Assembly: GCA_951406725.2 (NCBI GenBank)
Contig: OX597816.1
Span: forward strand, 157,356,001-157,420,000
Length of the DNA stretch: 64,000 bases
Source: Octopus vulgaris
Taxonomy: Eukaryota
Reading direction: 5' to 3'
The notes below the pieces were generated by a model. The model was not told where the DNA came from. It made no database searches and saw only the letters and a list, made by a program, of their open reading frames with translations. The stretch's first letter is position 1, and each line of letters opens with the position of its first letter. The position numbers and the translations under genes were made by a program. This document shows, in pieces, positions 24,861 to 39,147 of this stretch.

Positions 24861-26333
24861 TGTGTCTGTTGTGTGCTCTGTGCATATATCAACGGGCTGA
24901 GGATGTCTATATATCTGTAGATATAGGCATTCATATGTGTTGTATTTCTGTGTTTGTTTGTGCGTTTGCGCGCGTGTGTGTGTGCGTTTGTGTGTGTATT
25001 TGTGTGCTTGTGTATGTGTGTGTTTGTGGTGTGTGTGTTTGTGGTGTGTGTGTTTGTGATGTGTGTGTTTGTGATGTGCGTGTTTGTGTATGTGCGTTTG
25101 TGTGTGTGTTTGTGTGTGTGCATGTTGGCGCGTGCCCATATACCATTATATATGCATATGTGAAGATATACTGATGCCCTCATATATGCATTAAGATACA
25201 GTGGATGAATGCTATGCAGACGTATTTAGAGTGCTTATAATATATATTTAAAAGGAACATTATAATATTATGTATATGTCTCAGAGTATGTGTGTGTCCT
25301 AGGGTAGCAAGAATGTCAACAGTCTATACGGCTCTAACACTTTAATTTGCTTTTCATTTCTATGACTTGAGTAAACATTTCTCTTTTAAGTTTATGCATT
25401 TGTTTTGCAAGATTGTTGATATGAAATCGTGCGTTGAAACAGGTATTGAACTATTTTTCAGTTTGCAATCTTAATTAGTTTATAGCTGTGGCTGGTGGAC
25501 AGGGTTTATGCATTGTCGTAATGGATTAAAGAGAACAGGTGGAGGCACATGGGATTGGAGTGTAGATGAAGAAGTCACAGGATATGTGACGAAAGATTTC
25601 AGGCATAGAACATAAAATACAAATAATAATATAAATATGAAGTGGAGAACGGATATATAGTGCGTGTATTTGCTTAGCAAAACAGAAAATAAATTACTAT
25701 CCTAAAATATAACAATAGCTATGTTCCATTGAATCTTCTCAACATTTTAATTGTTTCAACATGGTTGTCGGTAAACTGGTCACCTTCTGGTCATCTTCTA
25801 TTTCTACCTTACTTGTTTATACTTTTAAAATTTACCTGACGATAGCGAGTTTTTTTCCATGATGTAATCTAAGAATGCACCGAGCGCTCTGAACGGGACA
25901 CCAGTCTGTTGCAAGTCTATTCGGTTATAGCGCTGAGAGAACCGGATCAACGTGAAATGAAGTGTTTTATTCAAGAACACAACGCATTGCTCGATTCCAG
26001 ACTCGAAGTCATGCTCTTGCGATTGTGAGTGAAACATCCTAACCATGCGGTGACTAAAACTTCATGCAGGACTAAAACCTCATGCAGGACTAAAACATAC
26101 AGGACTAGTCGTCATACGGCGATTAAAACTTCATAAAATATAGTCATAGTAGTAACATCTGTATTACCATCTCGATCTCATGTAGTTCTTTCCTCTGGTA
26201 AAATATGACAGAGTAGTGTTATTCTGGGACCGAGGAAATCGGAAGTCCCTACTACGATCCGTCCTAGATGTAATCTCCCTATTAATGCCTGGTATATGAA
26301 AATAAAAAAAACGTACAATTTGTTTCTACTTAC

Positions 26334-26444
26334 AGCAATGGGATTCATCTGAGCTGTCACTACAGTCATTTTTAGCGTTGCAACGAAGATCTTTCTTGAT
26401 GCACTTCTTATTTCTGCATTGCCACTGGTCGTCTGTACAGCTTT
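26334..26444 (-). CDS. Host gene exon: LDLa repeat
   Basis: gttcag/gtaag borders, 111 nt, phase 1-1. SCTDDQWQCRNKKCIKKDLRCNAKNDCSDSSDESHC (a different frame from the listed ORF). Confidence 0.93.
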
Positions 26445-27246
26445 CTGAACATAGAAAATCAAATAAAACAGATTATTCTTATTGCTCATGTGAAATCTTG
26501 TACGGTAATCTCTTACAGTTTATTGTTATTGCTATTGTTTTTGTTGCTGCTGCTGTTGTTGTCGTTGTTGTTGTTTAGTCTCAGCTCCGTCTTGATTCAG
26601 CAGGTTTACGATCAAAGATCTTCAATCTCTTACCATAACATTTGTTCTTAGACATATCTAAGGTTAAATATTCAATGTTTCCTATTACTAAGATGGCAAA
26701 GAAAACTTTGAAGAGATTTTCCTGTTTCTAACAGGAAGAACAAATGTTTTGAGTCTTTCTCCTTGCTACCACATTAGGTGTACTAAGTGTCTTAGTAAAA
26801 TAGTAAAGATGGTATAATTAACTTTATACAAAATTTGCTGCCATATTTTGATGATCGTAATTATCGTCGTCGTTTTGTTAACCTCAATACTACTTCAATT
26901 TGCATTTGAAACTATTGTACATTTTATTTAGTAGTTTGCAATTCAGCTGATTTACTTCACGAGAAATGAAGTTTCCTCAGTAGCAATATGAGAAAATGGA
27001 TTCAAACTCTACTTCAAAGTTGTGTTTCCTTTCTTTCAAATACCACGACAATCTGAACAGCTTGGAGAGGTAAGTGAAGTAGCTGGATCACTAAATGCTT
27101 CTTGGGAAACAGGGTTAGGATAGTTCGGAGTCGATCAATTCCTCGCACAAGATTCGTTCGTCAGAGCCCCAGGACACAATACACTGAAACTCAAAAGAAA
27201 CGCAAGACGTGTGTGACTGTGAAATCTGTATATACAAAAGGCAGGA

Positions 27247-27285
<39 letters not shown>

Positions 27286-27699
27286 ACGTGAATGTAATTT
27301 ATGTACGTCCACAAATTAGCACGCATGTCGCTCCAATTTTAGGAGGATATTCGTAATGACCCTAGCTGTATTTTCGTCAACTTATTTATCCCTGGGCACC
27401 AGCGAATAGCAGTAAAAATTAATTTTCAACCGAAACTTTTAACAATTTTCAAGTCAGAGAAATCACCATTGTTCACCATTGTTTACAAGCAGGAGTTAAG
27501 TCTCCTTGTAGCGACGAGTAAGACTTTTGTAGTTTTTCCATCGAAGAAAAAAGTGTTTTTTTTATATACGGGCAACACACACACACACACACACACGAAC
27601 ATGTATGCGTACAAAAAGCATGTATGCAATAGATGTACGTACGTAGGTGTGCGTATGTGTGTGTGCGTGTGAGTGGGTGTTGCCCAGATATATATATAT

Positions 27700-28445
27700 A
27701 TATATATATACTTAAGACTTAGTTGTGATCTGAAAATAACCGCTTCTGACACAGAGAATCGGGAGCCCTTTTGGGCATTCTATTTTCCTTGCTGGAAGGG
27801 TTCCCAACCCATGGGCAAAGGGGGGTTAGATGATGGAGGTGGTGTTTTCAAAGGGCTGGCATGTGCAACCTGATCACCTCTGCCGACCAAACTCTCAACC
27901 TATGCGCTCCTGTCGCGACACAGATTCTGCAGAACTGGGTTGGGTGTGGAAACCAACTTTAAAGTATAAATATAGAATCAGCAATATTGTGTTCGGTTAA
28001 GTCCTATTTGGGGTGAAAAATCAATAAACTGATTCCTTATGGGCTTTTCCATTTAATCAGGATAGAAAATCGATAAACCGATTCCTTATAGGATTTGCCA
28101 ATAAAATTGGCTACACCCCATTTTCAACCATAACTTTTACCGATTTTGATGCATTTTGTTCCAACTTGATGCCAGCATTACTTAGGACTTATGAGATCTT
28201 TGAATGCTTTAAGATCTCCAAAAACCAAAAAAAAACATTGATGAGTGGAAAAAAATCGATAAACTGATTCTTTATAGAATTACTCAATCAAGTTGTCTGC
28301 ATTTTCATTTTCAGCCAAAAATTTACCAATTTCAACAGATTCGCCCAAATCTGAGGTCGATGTTACTTAGTTTGGTTTGAAATAAAGAATTTCATTAGCT
28401 TAATAATCCTAACTTAATCCCGGGCAAAGCAGGGTATACTGCTAG
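27700..28445 (+). mobile_element. Non-autonomous Helitron-like element
   Basis: 3' cccgggcaaagcagggtatactgCTAGt. Internal repeated motif aaaatc.ataaac.gattc.ttat (three copies). 5' boundary approximate. Confidence 0.55.
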
Positions 28446-29097
28446 TATATTTTAATTTCATTATGCCAGCGATAAATTTCGATAAATCTAATAAAGTCAA
28501 TTTCTTGGATGCACTATGCAACCCCTTCTAATAAACGACCTTGTGAGATTCTGATTTGAATACAGGCGACGAATGGACCTGTTGGCGATTTAATTAATAA
28601 TGAATTAATCGATGAAGAATTTATGCTGTTTCCCATTTAAACTATAATCACTTATTTCATTTTCCAGTTGAATTTTTTCTATTTCTAATGCCTTGTTGTT
28701 ATATAAGACATTATGTTTACTTCATTTTTATTGTCAATCCAGATATTTTAATTTCCCTCAACTTAGTGTTTTCCACGAAATAGTTCAGTTCCCTATTTCT
28801 TCTATTCTTTGCAAATATTATAAACTGCCTCATGTTATTTTTAAAACCGTTTTTAATTCTAAATATATTTCTAGAAACAAACAATAAGATTAGTCTTTAG
28901 GTAGAATTGGAGGTGGTTGCTTGCATTGATACATATGAAGTAAAATATTATTGTTTATATTTTATTTTAAAATGTAATAATTTTCGTAAATTAATAAAGA
29001 AAAACTAGATATCAGATTTTATGGAAATATAAGGTAGTGAAAATGTAATACTTCATCTAATATTACTTTAAAAAAAAATGGAAGTTTCTTTGCTTAC

Positions 29098-29229
29098 CAC
29101 AATCTTCTTCGTCGCTACGTTCATCACAGTCAGGGTATCCATCACATACACTGTCTTTGAAAATACACGTATTTGTATAATTGGTTTGGTTGCGACTTGA
29201 AAAACAACTCACTTTACCATGTGGACATG
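29098..29229 (-). CDS. Host gene exon: LDLa repeat
   Basis: cttcag/gtaag borders, 132 nt, phase 1-1. CPHGKVSCFSSRNQTNYTNTCIFKDSVCDGYPDCDERSDEEDC. Confidence 0.93.
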
Positions 29230-30306
29230 CTGAAGATGTGGAAATAGAAAGCAGAATATATAAATAAATTGTCATAAAATATTCTTTAAATAAATAAATA
29301 GTTGACGTGTTTAAACCTTATTGTAATCTTGTAATCTTATTTTCTTGCAAGAAGCTGACATTAATGATAGTTAACATGACTGGCAACTTAACGATTATAT
29401 ATGTAGAGCTTAGATAGGTTTTCTTCATCTGAACTGTTGATATATTTACATCATCTCTAACTAAGATAGGAATATGTCTTCAGCTTGGAGCAGATGACAA
29501 AGTATTGCAATAGTGAATATGATTCCAAGGACATGGATGAGAGGATAGGATTTAAAGAACGATATCAGGTATAGAATAGTTGAGCTGGAAAAAAATCCCA
29601 AAACTAACCGAAAAAACAGTATAAACAATACATGAAGAGGCTCCCTCAGCTTCCAAAATTCAGTGACATTTACCCATTAATGCAAGACTTGCAAGACTAC
29701 AGTGCGAACAACTAAAGCTGTCACATTGCATCACACAACTCTCAAGCGATTCTTCTGGTCTCTTGCCAAAGAGTTATCTCTAGGTTTACAGAATCGTCTT
29801 AACATCCACTTAACAACGATGGATCCGCGATTAGTAATCCCAAAGAGGAAGTTCTATATTCGCTTTCCTGATTTGCAGCCAATTCACAGTGAAAAGGCTT
29901 GACACAGCTCCTCTAAAATCATCAGTCTATCACCTACCGTACTTTCGGATCCATCATCTTGCATATATTGATGGTAATAGCAGAAGTACCTGAATTCACT
30001 TCAAACCTTTACTCAACAATCATTATTTCAATCTCTACTTCTCAACAGGAGTCTAACCTGACCGTTACAAACAATCTACAGCATATCGAAAATGTATGAC
30101 GAGTGAATCACCCATCGTGATTTGACGCTTTCATCTCTAGATCAGCATATTTCTCTCAGAACCTACAACTGCGGCCAGTACTGAAGTAGCTTATATTGAA
30201 GTATTAGTAGCTTAAAACAAAATATTGAATGTAAACTGCATTATAGATTCAAACAATTGCATTCATATTGTCATATGATACCAGCAAAGAGAAATACTGT
30301 ACTTAC

Positions 30307-30458
30307 TTGTGTTAGAACAGAACACATAAGGCACATTGCAATGGCACCTTCTCGTACAAGACGTAGTGTAACAACCAGAATAGCGATATCCATAATTATA
30401 GCACGTGACGTATTTTCCTGTAATGTATTCGGTTCTCCTTTTCAAATATGAAGTGCCG
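30307..30458 (-). CDS. Host gene exon: Cys/Tyr-rich C-terminal part of the SRCR domain
   Basis: ttaaag/gtaagt borders, 152 nt, phase 2-1, frame-compatible with both neighbours. GTSYLKRRTEYITGKYVTCYNYGYRYSGCYTTSCTRRCHCNVPYVFCSNT. Confidence 0.8.
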
Positions 30459-31189
30459 CTTTAAATTAGAAAACAAAATTGTGGTAATTACATGTCATTA
30501 TTCATTTGCTATTTCATATTTTGTTTGGCATGTGATATTGAAATTATTGATAACGTATTACAAACATTTATCATGCTCACTAACACTAATGTGGGTTAGG
30601 CTACTTGCAGGATCAATTGTTTTTACTAACTTATGTATTTCTTACAGCTAATTACTCAACAATGATGTAAGATGTGCATTACTTATGTATACATTGAGTC
30701 TGTTCATTAGACCAACTTTTCATCAGGATTCCGGGGTGGCAATTGGAGTGATATTTTAGTGATGGATATTCAACATCCAAGAAATAGAAATGAAACTTAT
30801 TTTTATGCTTTGTAACATAATGTGGGGCAGAATTTGGTGTTTTTGATGTCACAAAGTCCGAATTCATGAACACGGGGTCAAAAGATTAATACATTATTTT
30901 CATTTCCTTTGTTTCCTTTCTATATAGTATAGGTTTTAGTTGATAAGAGACTTTTATAACTATATCTTGTTTCTCTATGACTTGCAAGTATTTTGCATTG
31001 CCTCATAGAATCGACGCATATCATTGCTATCAGCATGAGTGTTTCCGCAATGTATACGTATGTGTCTCTATGTGTATCTATACGGAATGCGAGGTGTATT
31101 TGAGGACAATTAGCTATCAGTATATTACTCTCAAGAAAAGTAAAATGTTTCTATATTTTCTAATACTCTTTGACAGATAAAATTCTCAC

Positions 31190-32150
31190 ACAAGAGATGA
31201 AAAAACAAGCAAGTATCATTGCCAAATATACGGAACACAGCGACTTAGCAATTGACGACTGTCTTATATGTGGAGGATGTTTTGTACACCAAGTTCGATT
31301 GGAATTAGAAGCCGCTGATGGGAATATTTCAACTGTATGAAAGAGTAAAAAAAATCCTAAACATTCTGACAGTATATGAACATCACAATTCGTCCTACAG
31401 GTTCAAGACTTTGTCGATGGTGATCCCAGAAAATTGATTTCGCCACAGAAAGTCGGAATTGTGGTACGAGAGAACTTTCTCTACAAGTCATAAATGCTGA
31501 GGAAAGACCTATTCATACCTGCAAAGATACAAGAATACAGTTTGAACCTTGTCAAGTAGTAGTTACTTAACAAGGTTAAAAACTCGCTTCGAACATGGCA
31601 TACATTGTTTCATCCCTAATACTGAAGACTTCGACTAGGATCAAAAGTTTGATACGAGAAATGACGGCTGGTTAAGTGCAGATCCTTCTGACATCCCCAT
31701 AGTGTTGCACACTAAGTATCCAGCGCCTGCGATTGTTTTAGCAATTGTCGTCTGAGTAACAAAGGTAATGTCATGACAGCTCATATCTTTCCATAGAGCC
31801 TCAGAATACGTTGTATTGGTGGAAACAGTTGTTTAGCCCTGGATACACGAAGTACGCTATGGAAGGCCACACGTGCTTCAACAAAACTCAGCACCTTCTC
31901 ACAAAGCTCACGTTTCCCAAGAATGGACGTTAAACAATATTTAGAATAATGTAACACATCAGAATTGAATCTCATGGACTATTATATTTGGAGTGTTGGT
32001 GAAAGAGAGACTAATAAACATCATATCAATGGGGGTAACCATTGTTCAGGAAGTGTTCGAAACAAAGGACCATTTAGTGCAGGTACCTGAAACATTCTGG
32101 CTCCGCATTAAAGTAGTCGTTTAACCTGAATGCGAACTAATAAAATAATC
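31190..32150 (+). mobile_element. Decayed Tc1/mariner-superfamily transposase (maT/DD37D-like)
   Basis: DQKFDTRNDGWLSADPSDIPIVLHTKYPA..; PELNLMDYYIWSV (SPDLNPLDY.VW); many stops. Confidence 0.65.
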
Positions 32151-32162
32151 TTATAAGGAAGA

Positions 32163-33059
32163 CTAGCTTAAGGTGACCCGCTCTACACGCGGGTAAGAGT
32201 GTGGTTGTTACTTTCTGTTGCTTCCTTTCTGTTTTTTATCACCACATTCTCCCTCTTTGTTTCTCTCTCGTTTCTCTCTCACTTTCCCACTCTCTTACTC
32301 TTCCTTCCTCTCGCACTCTCCCTCGCTTTCTCGTACTCTCTATCTTTCTCTGTCTCTCTCTCTCCCATTTATAAACAACAAAAGATCTTGAGTAAGTTGA
32401 GAAAGGAAATATTTTGAAAGATCAATCATAAATATCAGGCAGTGACAACGGAAAGGTCTGCTTCAAGGCAGACAGCAAAACACTAACATTTAAAAGGGGC
32501 AGACGAACTTGCGAGCTGAATAAAAATAAAGAAATATTAGAAACCAAAGTTTGAAGGGATAGAATCTGAGGATAGTAGAGTCACCATGGCTGGCATTTCT
32601 TAACAACGGACAGCAACGTAGTGAAAGTTTAACAGCTGGCGTAAAATTTTGAACTTGATGTAAAAGAAAATTCCTGAACACCAAGTTTTGAAGTGGTTCT
32701 TTCTCACGACAGTAGACTCACCATGGCAAGCATTCAAAACTTCTTCATCATGGACGGCGACACATTGAAGATTTAAAGGCTAGCGCAAATTTTTTTAGCT
32801 TGATGTAACAGAGAATTCCTAAACACCCACTCCTGTAAATTTTAATCCCCTTCCAGACCCATTTAGACCCCTTTTCACATTTTGGTTAATATAACCCGAT
32901 TTCATTCGAGTCTACTCGGGTCACGTTTTATAAGATGAGGAATTCTGTCCTACAGGTCACGCCTTTCATTTGAGGAAAAAAATAGTTGCCATGCAAACTC
33001 GCCAGCACTCTTAACATAGGTGTGCATATTTTCAGCTCAACCGACCACATAATGCACAC

Positions 33060-33108
<49 letters not shown>

Positions 33109-33640
33109 ACACATATATCTGCATTATATATATATGTGTGTGTACGTACGCATTATATATATAAATGTATACAAATATATATATATATATATATATGTAC
33201 ATATATACGCATTATATATATGTGTGTGTGTGTGTGTACGCATTATATATATAAATGTATACAAATTATATATATATATATATAAATACACATATATACA
33301 TTATATATACATATTTATATATAGAACACACACACACACATATAAATTAACCCAATAAATATCTGATTCATAATATTTGTTCTCATGATTGTGTGGTGGT
33401 GGTGGCGATAATATTTCTCTCTATGAATGCAGACAGACGTAGGAAGAGAGGATGTGGGAGAAAGAGTGAAGGCGGCGGGGGAAAGATAGTAGACGCTATC
33501 AAACGACGTTATAGAGAGAACGTGAAAGGAAGGGAGGAAGGAGAGGGAGACGGGGGAAGACAAGCAGATAAGAGAATGAGAGAGAAGACTTGTCAAAGTG
33601 TGCTTTTTTGCCCTAGTAACAACACCTTTTAAGATAGGGA
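32163..33640 (-). mobile_element. Non-autonomous Helitron-like element
   Basis: Minus strand 3' hairpin acccgc-gtgtaga-gcgggt then caccttaagCTAG; 5' aTCcctatcttaaaa. Confidence 0.6.
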
Positions 33641-33759
33641 TTTCTAACCTAGCCCACTAACATCCTCACCTCATTTTACATATCCCTGTAAATTTTGGAG
33701 CCAATCCGACGGGATCTAGTGCCCTTTAACCCGTTCCAATGCCAAAACCAGACAAAAAA

Positions 33760-36250
33760 ACTTTTCGCATTTCAGATTTATAGATATTGATTATGTGCAT
33801 GTATGACTGTTGGAGTTCTTCTGGATGACAGAGGACAGCACTGCCATCAGCATATTGAAGTTCTGAGATGTGTTGCATGTGGGTTAAATGTGTAAATCGA
33901 AGTCTACTAAAGACTGGAAAACACCCGTCGTATCGATATAGTCTTGGATTGCCTGGAGGAACTTCGTGAAGCATTGCAGTCAGATTCAAGGAGAATAGCA
34001 TAGTTGCCAAATCTAATCCTTGTTCTAGTCAGCACATGATTAGAATTTCTTCTGACAGCATGGCTTGGTGGCATACCCTCCAGGAATATTGTCACGCATT
34101 GTTGAACCAGAGAGACAAAGTGACGAGAATATCCAAAACATAGCAGCTCTTGGGACGCTATCAGAGCCCCTCTTCTAAATCCTAGAAATCAAGGGAATTG
34201 GCTTATGTTGTTCTCTGCTTTTCTCTTGGAGCTGCCTTGCGCAGAAAATCATGTCAACTATGCCACGGTAGGAACAAAATTCACATTGAAATTTTGGTAT
34301 GATCTTTTCTGCGACGGTCTGTAGCCGCTTTGGAAGAATCTTAGCAAAGACCTGCCCAATAATATTCCTTTGTAGTTCCCGCAAGCTTTTTCATCATTTT
34401 TTCATTCTTTAGGAACTTGTTAGGATTCTCATATCTCTAGCATGAGGGTGAAGATGCAGGTTTGCAAGGGAAAGCCTCCATGTTTGGTTAGCTCGAAAGG
34501 GATGTTATCTGGGCCTAGAAACTTCTTCATCTCACTTGCTTCATAGCTTGCTTGAATTCATGAAAAATAGGCCTCTTGCTCATTTACAGCCGAGGAGAAT
34601 GGTTTGGAACTCGGTGCTCGAGTTTCTACTTAGAAGGGTGGAGAAATATTCCCTATAGCGTAAGAGTATGTCTTGTGAATTAGTCAGCTTGTTTGTATTG
34701 TCACCTGCTAGAAAGGATCCAGTTGATGTTCGTATTGGTCCAAAGACTTTTCCGGCATAGAAATTGCTGAGATCACGTGCACCTGCTCTGAAGTTCAACT
34801 GCTTTTTCTTGCCACCAAATGTTCTGCATTTCTCTTAGTTTTGTTTGACACACTTATTTAACTTCAGGAAATGCTTTTCTTTTTTAGTTTGACTCTTCAG
34901 TCAATTGAGCATTCTTTTTGTTTCATTCAGGTTGTTGATTTCATAATTGTTTTCATCAAACCAGTCCTGACTTTTAGTCTTGCTGAAGCGGATGATAGTG
35001 TTTGTTATTCCCCTTACAATTTTGCGAATGGTTCTTCGTTCTTCATCGATAACTCGTCGTTTACTTAATTAGAAATAAATTCTTGCTTTATTTTGGTTTC
35101 AAAAGTGGTTACAGTGGCACGGTTCTGGAGTTTTGAGATGCATATCTTCTACGAGAGGATGGTTGATGTTGCATTGTTGGTCTTTATGAATGGTGATTCT
35201 CATGCGCGTAGTAACAAGGCGATGATCTATCTAGCAGTCGTCGGAATTAAGATTTTAAAGTCTATTTAATGCCAGTGTTTAGACCGAGGATACATACAAC
35301 TGAGTTTAAAGCAAGCTGGAAGTTGAAAATGAGTATTCGTGGTGAATAAATTACATTCCTAGTAGCAGATGTCCATTAGATTTGCAATACTCGACGCCTT
35401 CTTTACCGACGGCATTTTGCTATAGGTGATGATCCTTTCCTACCTTTGCAGCGAAATCCCCTAGTAACTAGAATTTGTCCGTTAGTGGTGTACTGACAAG
35501 GATATTAGCTAGTTATTTCTAAAATTGATTCTTTACTCCTTCATCAGCATCAATAGTTGGAACATTAGCAGCAATGAGAGTGATGTAGCTCTCATTAGGA
35601 AGTATTAACCGAAGAGTCATTTATCGTTCGTTGTTGTTAAGTGATGGTCTTGCATGGTGCAAGTTTTAATAGCAAAACCGACTCCTTCGACTCTTCCCTC
35701 CAATTCATCCTTACCTTCTCATAAGAATATATAGTCAGAACCAGTTTCTTCTATTCTTCCTTCTCCTGAAAGCCGTGTTTTACTCAAGGGTGTTATGTCC
35801 ACATTGATCCCGGTCAGTCCTTTTCAGACTAGAGCTGTGCATCTTTCTGGTCACTCGGTGCTGTCAATGCTGAGAAGAATTCTAACATTCCATGCTCCAA
35901 AGATCATATTGTTTAGTCTCAAGCTTCGTGTTGTTTCGACCACATGATGGTCGAAACATGTTGACCTGTCAGGTGTGGTTTCCCAGCCGGGCAGTTGTAG
36001 CGACTTCGTTTAGTTTGCTCTTTCTAGTACCTTTCTCGATTGAGGTGGGCAGCGATTTTCCTAAAAGGCCAGCCCAGACACGAATACAGGACAAGAGTTC
36101 TAAGTATTCACTGGATCTTAGGAAGGTGACCATCAAATATACACCCCCAGCCGACAGTTTCAGGACCTGAAACTTCAAGTTCCTCCAAAACATGCTCCCG
36201 TCATCCATTCCCTATCACCCTTGGGCTTTGCAAGAGTTGTTTTTGGGTAA
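33760..36250 (-). mobile_element. Decayed RTE-clade LINE (APE plus partial RT)
   Basis: FGAWNVRIL (about 35880), GPDNIP, DMIFCARQLQEKSREQ, ELQYADG; many frameshifts. Confidence 0.85.
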
Positions 36251-36820
36251 AAGGCAAATGGAGTAGAAGAAAGTTCCAATAGCATGGATTTGTTTAAGGT
36301 GGACGCCAACTTTCCAGGAAATGACCCACACACTTGTTTTCATGGTCCCCTTGATTATTGCTCCTTGTGGTGAAGAGGCTTGTGTGGACCAATGTCTTTG
36401 AAGGCGATATCACCAGGATTTCTAAACTCCTGGTTTAGAAGATCAAGGACAAGTACCCAGACTAAGCGCGACCAGCCCGTAAAAATTCCAACAGTAGAAA
36501 AAGCGGATAATAAACACAAAAGTTCTCAAAGCCTGAAGCAGCAGATAAAGAGGGTGATGCACAATGGACATGCTACAGAAGACGACACTCAAAACTATAA
36601 CTGGCTCAGTAGCAGTCCGTCGCAGTTTTATAGCTGGATCCTGCATTTCTCATTCTATATGCGCTGCAGAGGAGTGGTAATATAAAGAAAATGAAAAGGT
36701 TACTTTAGACAGCTATTATTTTTAACAGTTTAATTATAAAACGTCTTGTAATAAATCAATATATAGATACTTGTAATAAATGAATATAAAATACTGGTAA
36801 GAAATGAATAAATTATTTAC

Positions 36821-36968
36821 TTCAAACCAAGCTGGGAGCAGACCGTGTCCACTATAAAGCTACTGATGCTGTAGGCACATACTGGCAAGTATTCCGATCC
36901 ACTAAGCATTTTCAATTTTCCGGACCACAAATCTCGACCACCAGTCAATTTATATGTTGTTTTGTTAC
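36821..36968 (-). CDS. Host gene exon: N-terminal half of an SRCR domain
   Basis: atag/gtaaat borders, 148 nt, phase 1-2. YKLTGGRDLWSGKLKM..PVCAY..DTVCSQLG matches SRCR RLVGG..GRVEV..VC..VCRQLG. Confidence 0.88.
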
Positions 36969-37004
36969 CTATATTTATAAGAGAGAATACAGATTAATAT
37001 ATTA

Positions 37005-37039
<35 letters not shown>

Positions 37040-37342
37040 TGAATTGTCATATAATTCCATATAGGAACAAAGTACTTCTCGCTCATGCGCGGAATGCAAT
37101 AACATAGCGTTGAAGTAAGGTCACCGATGCGGAAGAACTTTGAAGGATGCAATGTTAATCTGTGTGAAGGATAGAATGGATGAAACTAAGAAGTAGGGAT
37201 TAAAAGTGTCAGCTTGTGTATACAGGTTGGTTACTGTGGCAATGTTATATAATGTGATTTTTTTTTATACATATAGACTAAACTAACACTATATAGTGAC
37301 AGCTAATATATGATGAGTGCGTTAATATTAGGAAAAGGAAAT

Positions 37343-37664
37343 GTGGCGAACTGGAAGAATCGTTGGTATGCCGGGAAAAATGCTTGGCAACATTTCGTCT
37401 TTACGTTCTAAGTTCAAACCCCGCCGACGTCGATTTTGTTTTTCATTCTTTCGGGCTCGATGAAACAGGTATCATTTGAATTGACTTATCCCCACCCTGA
37501 AATGGCTGGCATTGTGCCAAACCAATATTCTTTTCTACTATAGGCACAGGGCCCGAAATTTTGGTGGAGGGGGTAGTCGATTAGATCTCCCTCCAGTACG
37601 CAACTGGTACTTAATTTATCGACACCGAAAAGATGGAAGGCAAAGTCGACCACGGCGGAATTTG
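37343..37664. mobile_element. Old plus-strand SINE with a 5'-truncated minus-strand copy (37531-37664) inserted at its tail
   Basis: Both match the 10045/47612 family. TSD aaaccaatattc at 37519-37530 and 37665-37676. Confidence 0.8.
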
Positions 37665-38232
37665 AAACCAATATTCAGAAAGGAAATTTTTAGTGCTACA
37701 GTAAACATTTTCAATCCATACTAGCATAAAACAACAGGTACTAAATGATACTGACAATCATGACAAACAGTTTGATGTTATCAGTTATCACCTGCGTTAG
37801 TTTTGACTGACCCCACGTTTGCGTATGCAGGTAATCAGCCAAATCAATAGATATGACCTGCAGACCGACTGTTCCAGATAAATCTCTATCTATATGAGAC
37901 CCAAACTGTTCACTCCAAAACGGAGTCGTTAGATCGAATAAGCTGCATTGTAGAAGTGTTTTCAAATATATTTCTGTACACCTAGGTGGTAATGGTAATA
38001 ATGGTGGTGATGGTGGTAATGATGGTGATGGTAGTAATGGCGGTGTTGGTAGTGATCAAAATGATGAAGATCATGATCATCATAACAATAATGAAGATAG
38101 CATTTTATGAATCGTTTATCATACTTTATTTTTCCTTATTAAAGTGTAACCACTACCACAACAGAAATTATGGAATAAATGCTTATTATAATGAAATATA
38201 TCTGCAGAAATGTAAATATAAACCAAACTTAC

Positions 38233-38346
38233 TGGTACAGCCTTTTTCATCTTCTCCATTAGGACAATTGATTATTCCATCACATTTTTGAGTGTAAGGG
38301 TAACATGTATTGTTGTCGTTACAAGGATACCAATTTTCTGGACAGC
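38233..38346 (-). CDS. Host gene exon: LDLa repeat
   Basis: aaag/gtaag borders, 114 nt, phase 1-1. CPENWYPCNDNNTCYPYTQKCDGIINCPNGEDEKGC. Confidence 0.93.
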
Positions 38347-38641
38347 CTTTTAAATGAAAAATGAAAAACAATATAAATAATATTATTCGGAGTTAACATT
38401 CAAACAATCAATTAGTTTGTTGATCTGTATGATCTGTATGTCTATAGATACATATGTAAATATGTTTATGCATGTAAGAATATATTCTTTAATGCTAGTG
38501 TATATATATATAGTAAATCCCAAAGACACGAACACAAGAAAAAACGACCACAGGTGACAGAGGAAAGTCCAAGAGAAAAGGAAGACAGACTATTCATATG
38601 TGGTTACATATGTACATTTGTATGTATATGTATATACTTAC

Positions 38642-38682
<41 letters not shown>

Positions 38683-38886
38683 CATATATATATATATATA
38701 TATACACATGTATATATACATACATATGTATATGTATATCTATAACTATCTATTTATCTCTCTATATATATATATATAGAGAGAGAGAGGTGAGACAGAG
38801 AGAAGAAGAGTGAGACAGAGAGAGAAATATACATACATACATATATTGTATTTAATAATAATAATAATAATGATGATGATGATGAT

Positions 38887-38998
38887 AAATACAGAGCTGA
38901 ATGCGAGAAACAGGATCGAAGCGATCAATGCTTTAGCCATACCAGTCGTGACTTACAGTTTCAATATCATTAACTGGTCAATTACTGAAATATGTAAT
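38887..38998 (+). mobile_element. R4/Dong-like RT fragment next to (AAT)n/(GAT)n
   Basis: TELNARNRIEAINALAIPVVTYSFNIINW. Confidence 0.65.
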
Positions 38999-39098
38999 GA
39001 TTATACCGAGTTAGCAAAAAATGTAGTAATGACCCCAAAAAGTTATGTCCTGAAATACCTCACGCATGTATGTATGTATGTATGTATGTATGTATGTA

Positions 39099-39147
<49 letters not shown>

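Noticed and set aside
26052-26107. 18-bp tandem repeat gactaaaac(t/c)tcatgcag as a CRISPR-like array
   Set aside because: Adjacent copies without spacers in a eukaryotic intron; a simple minisatellite.
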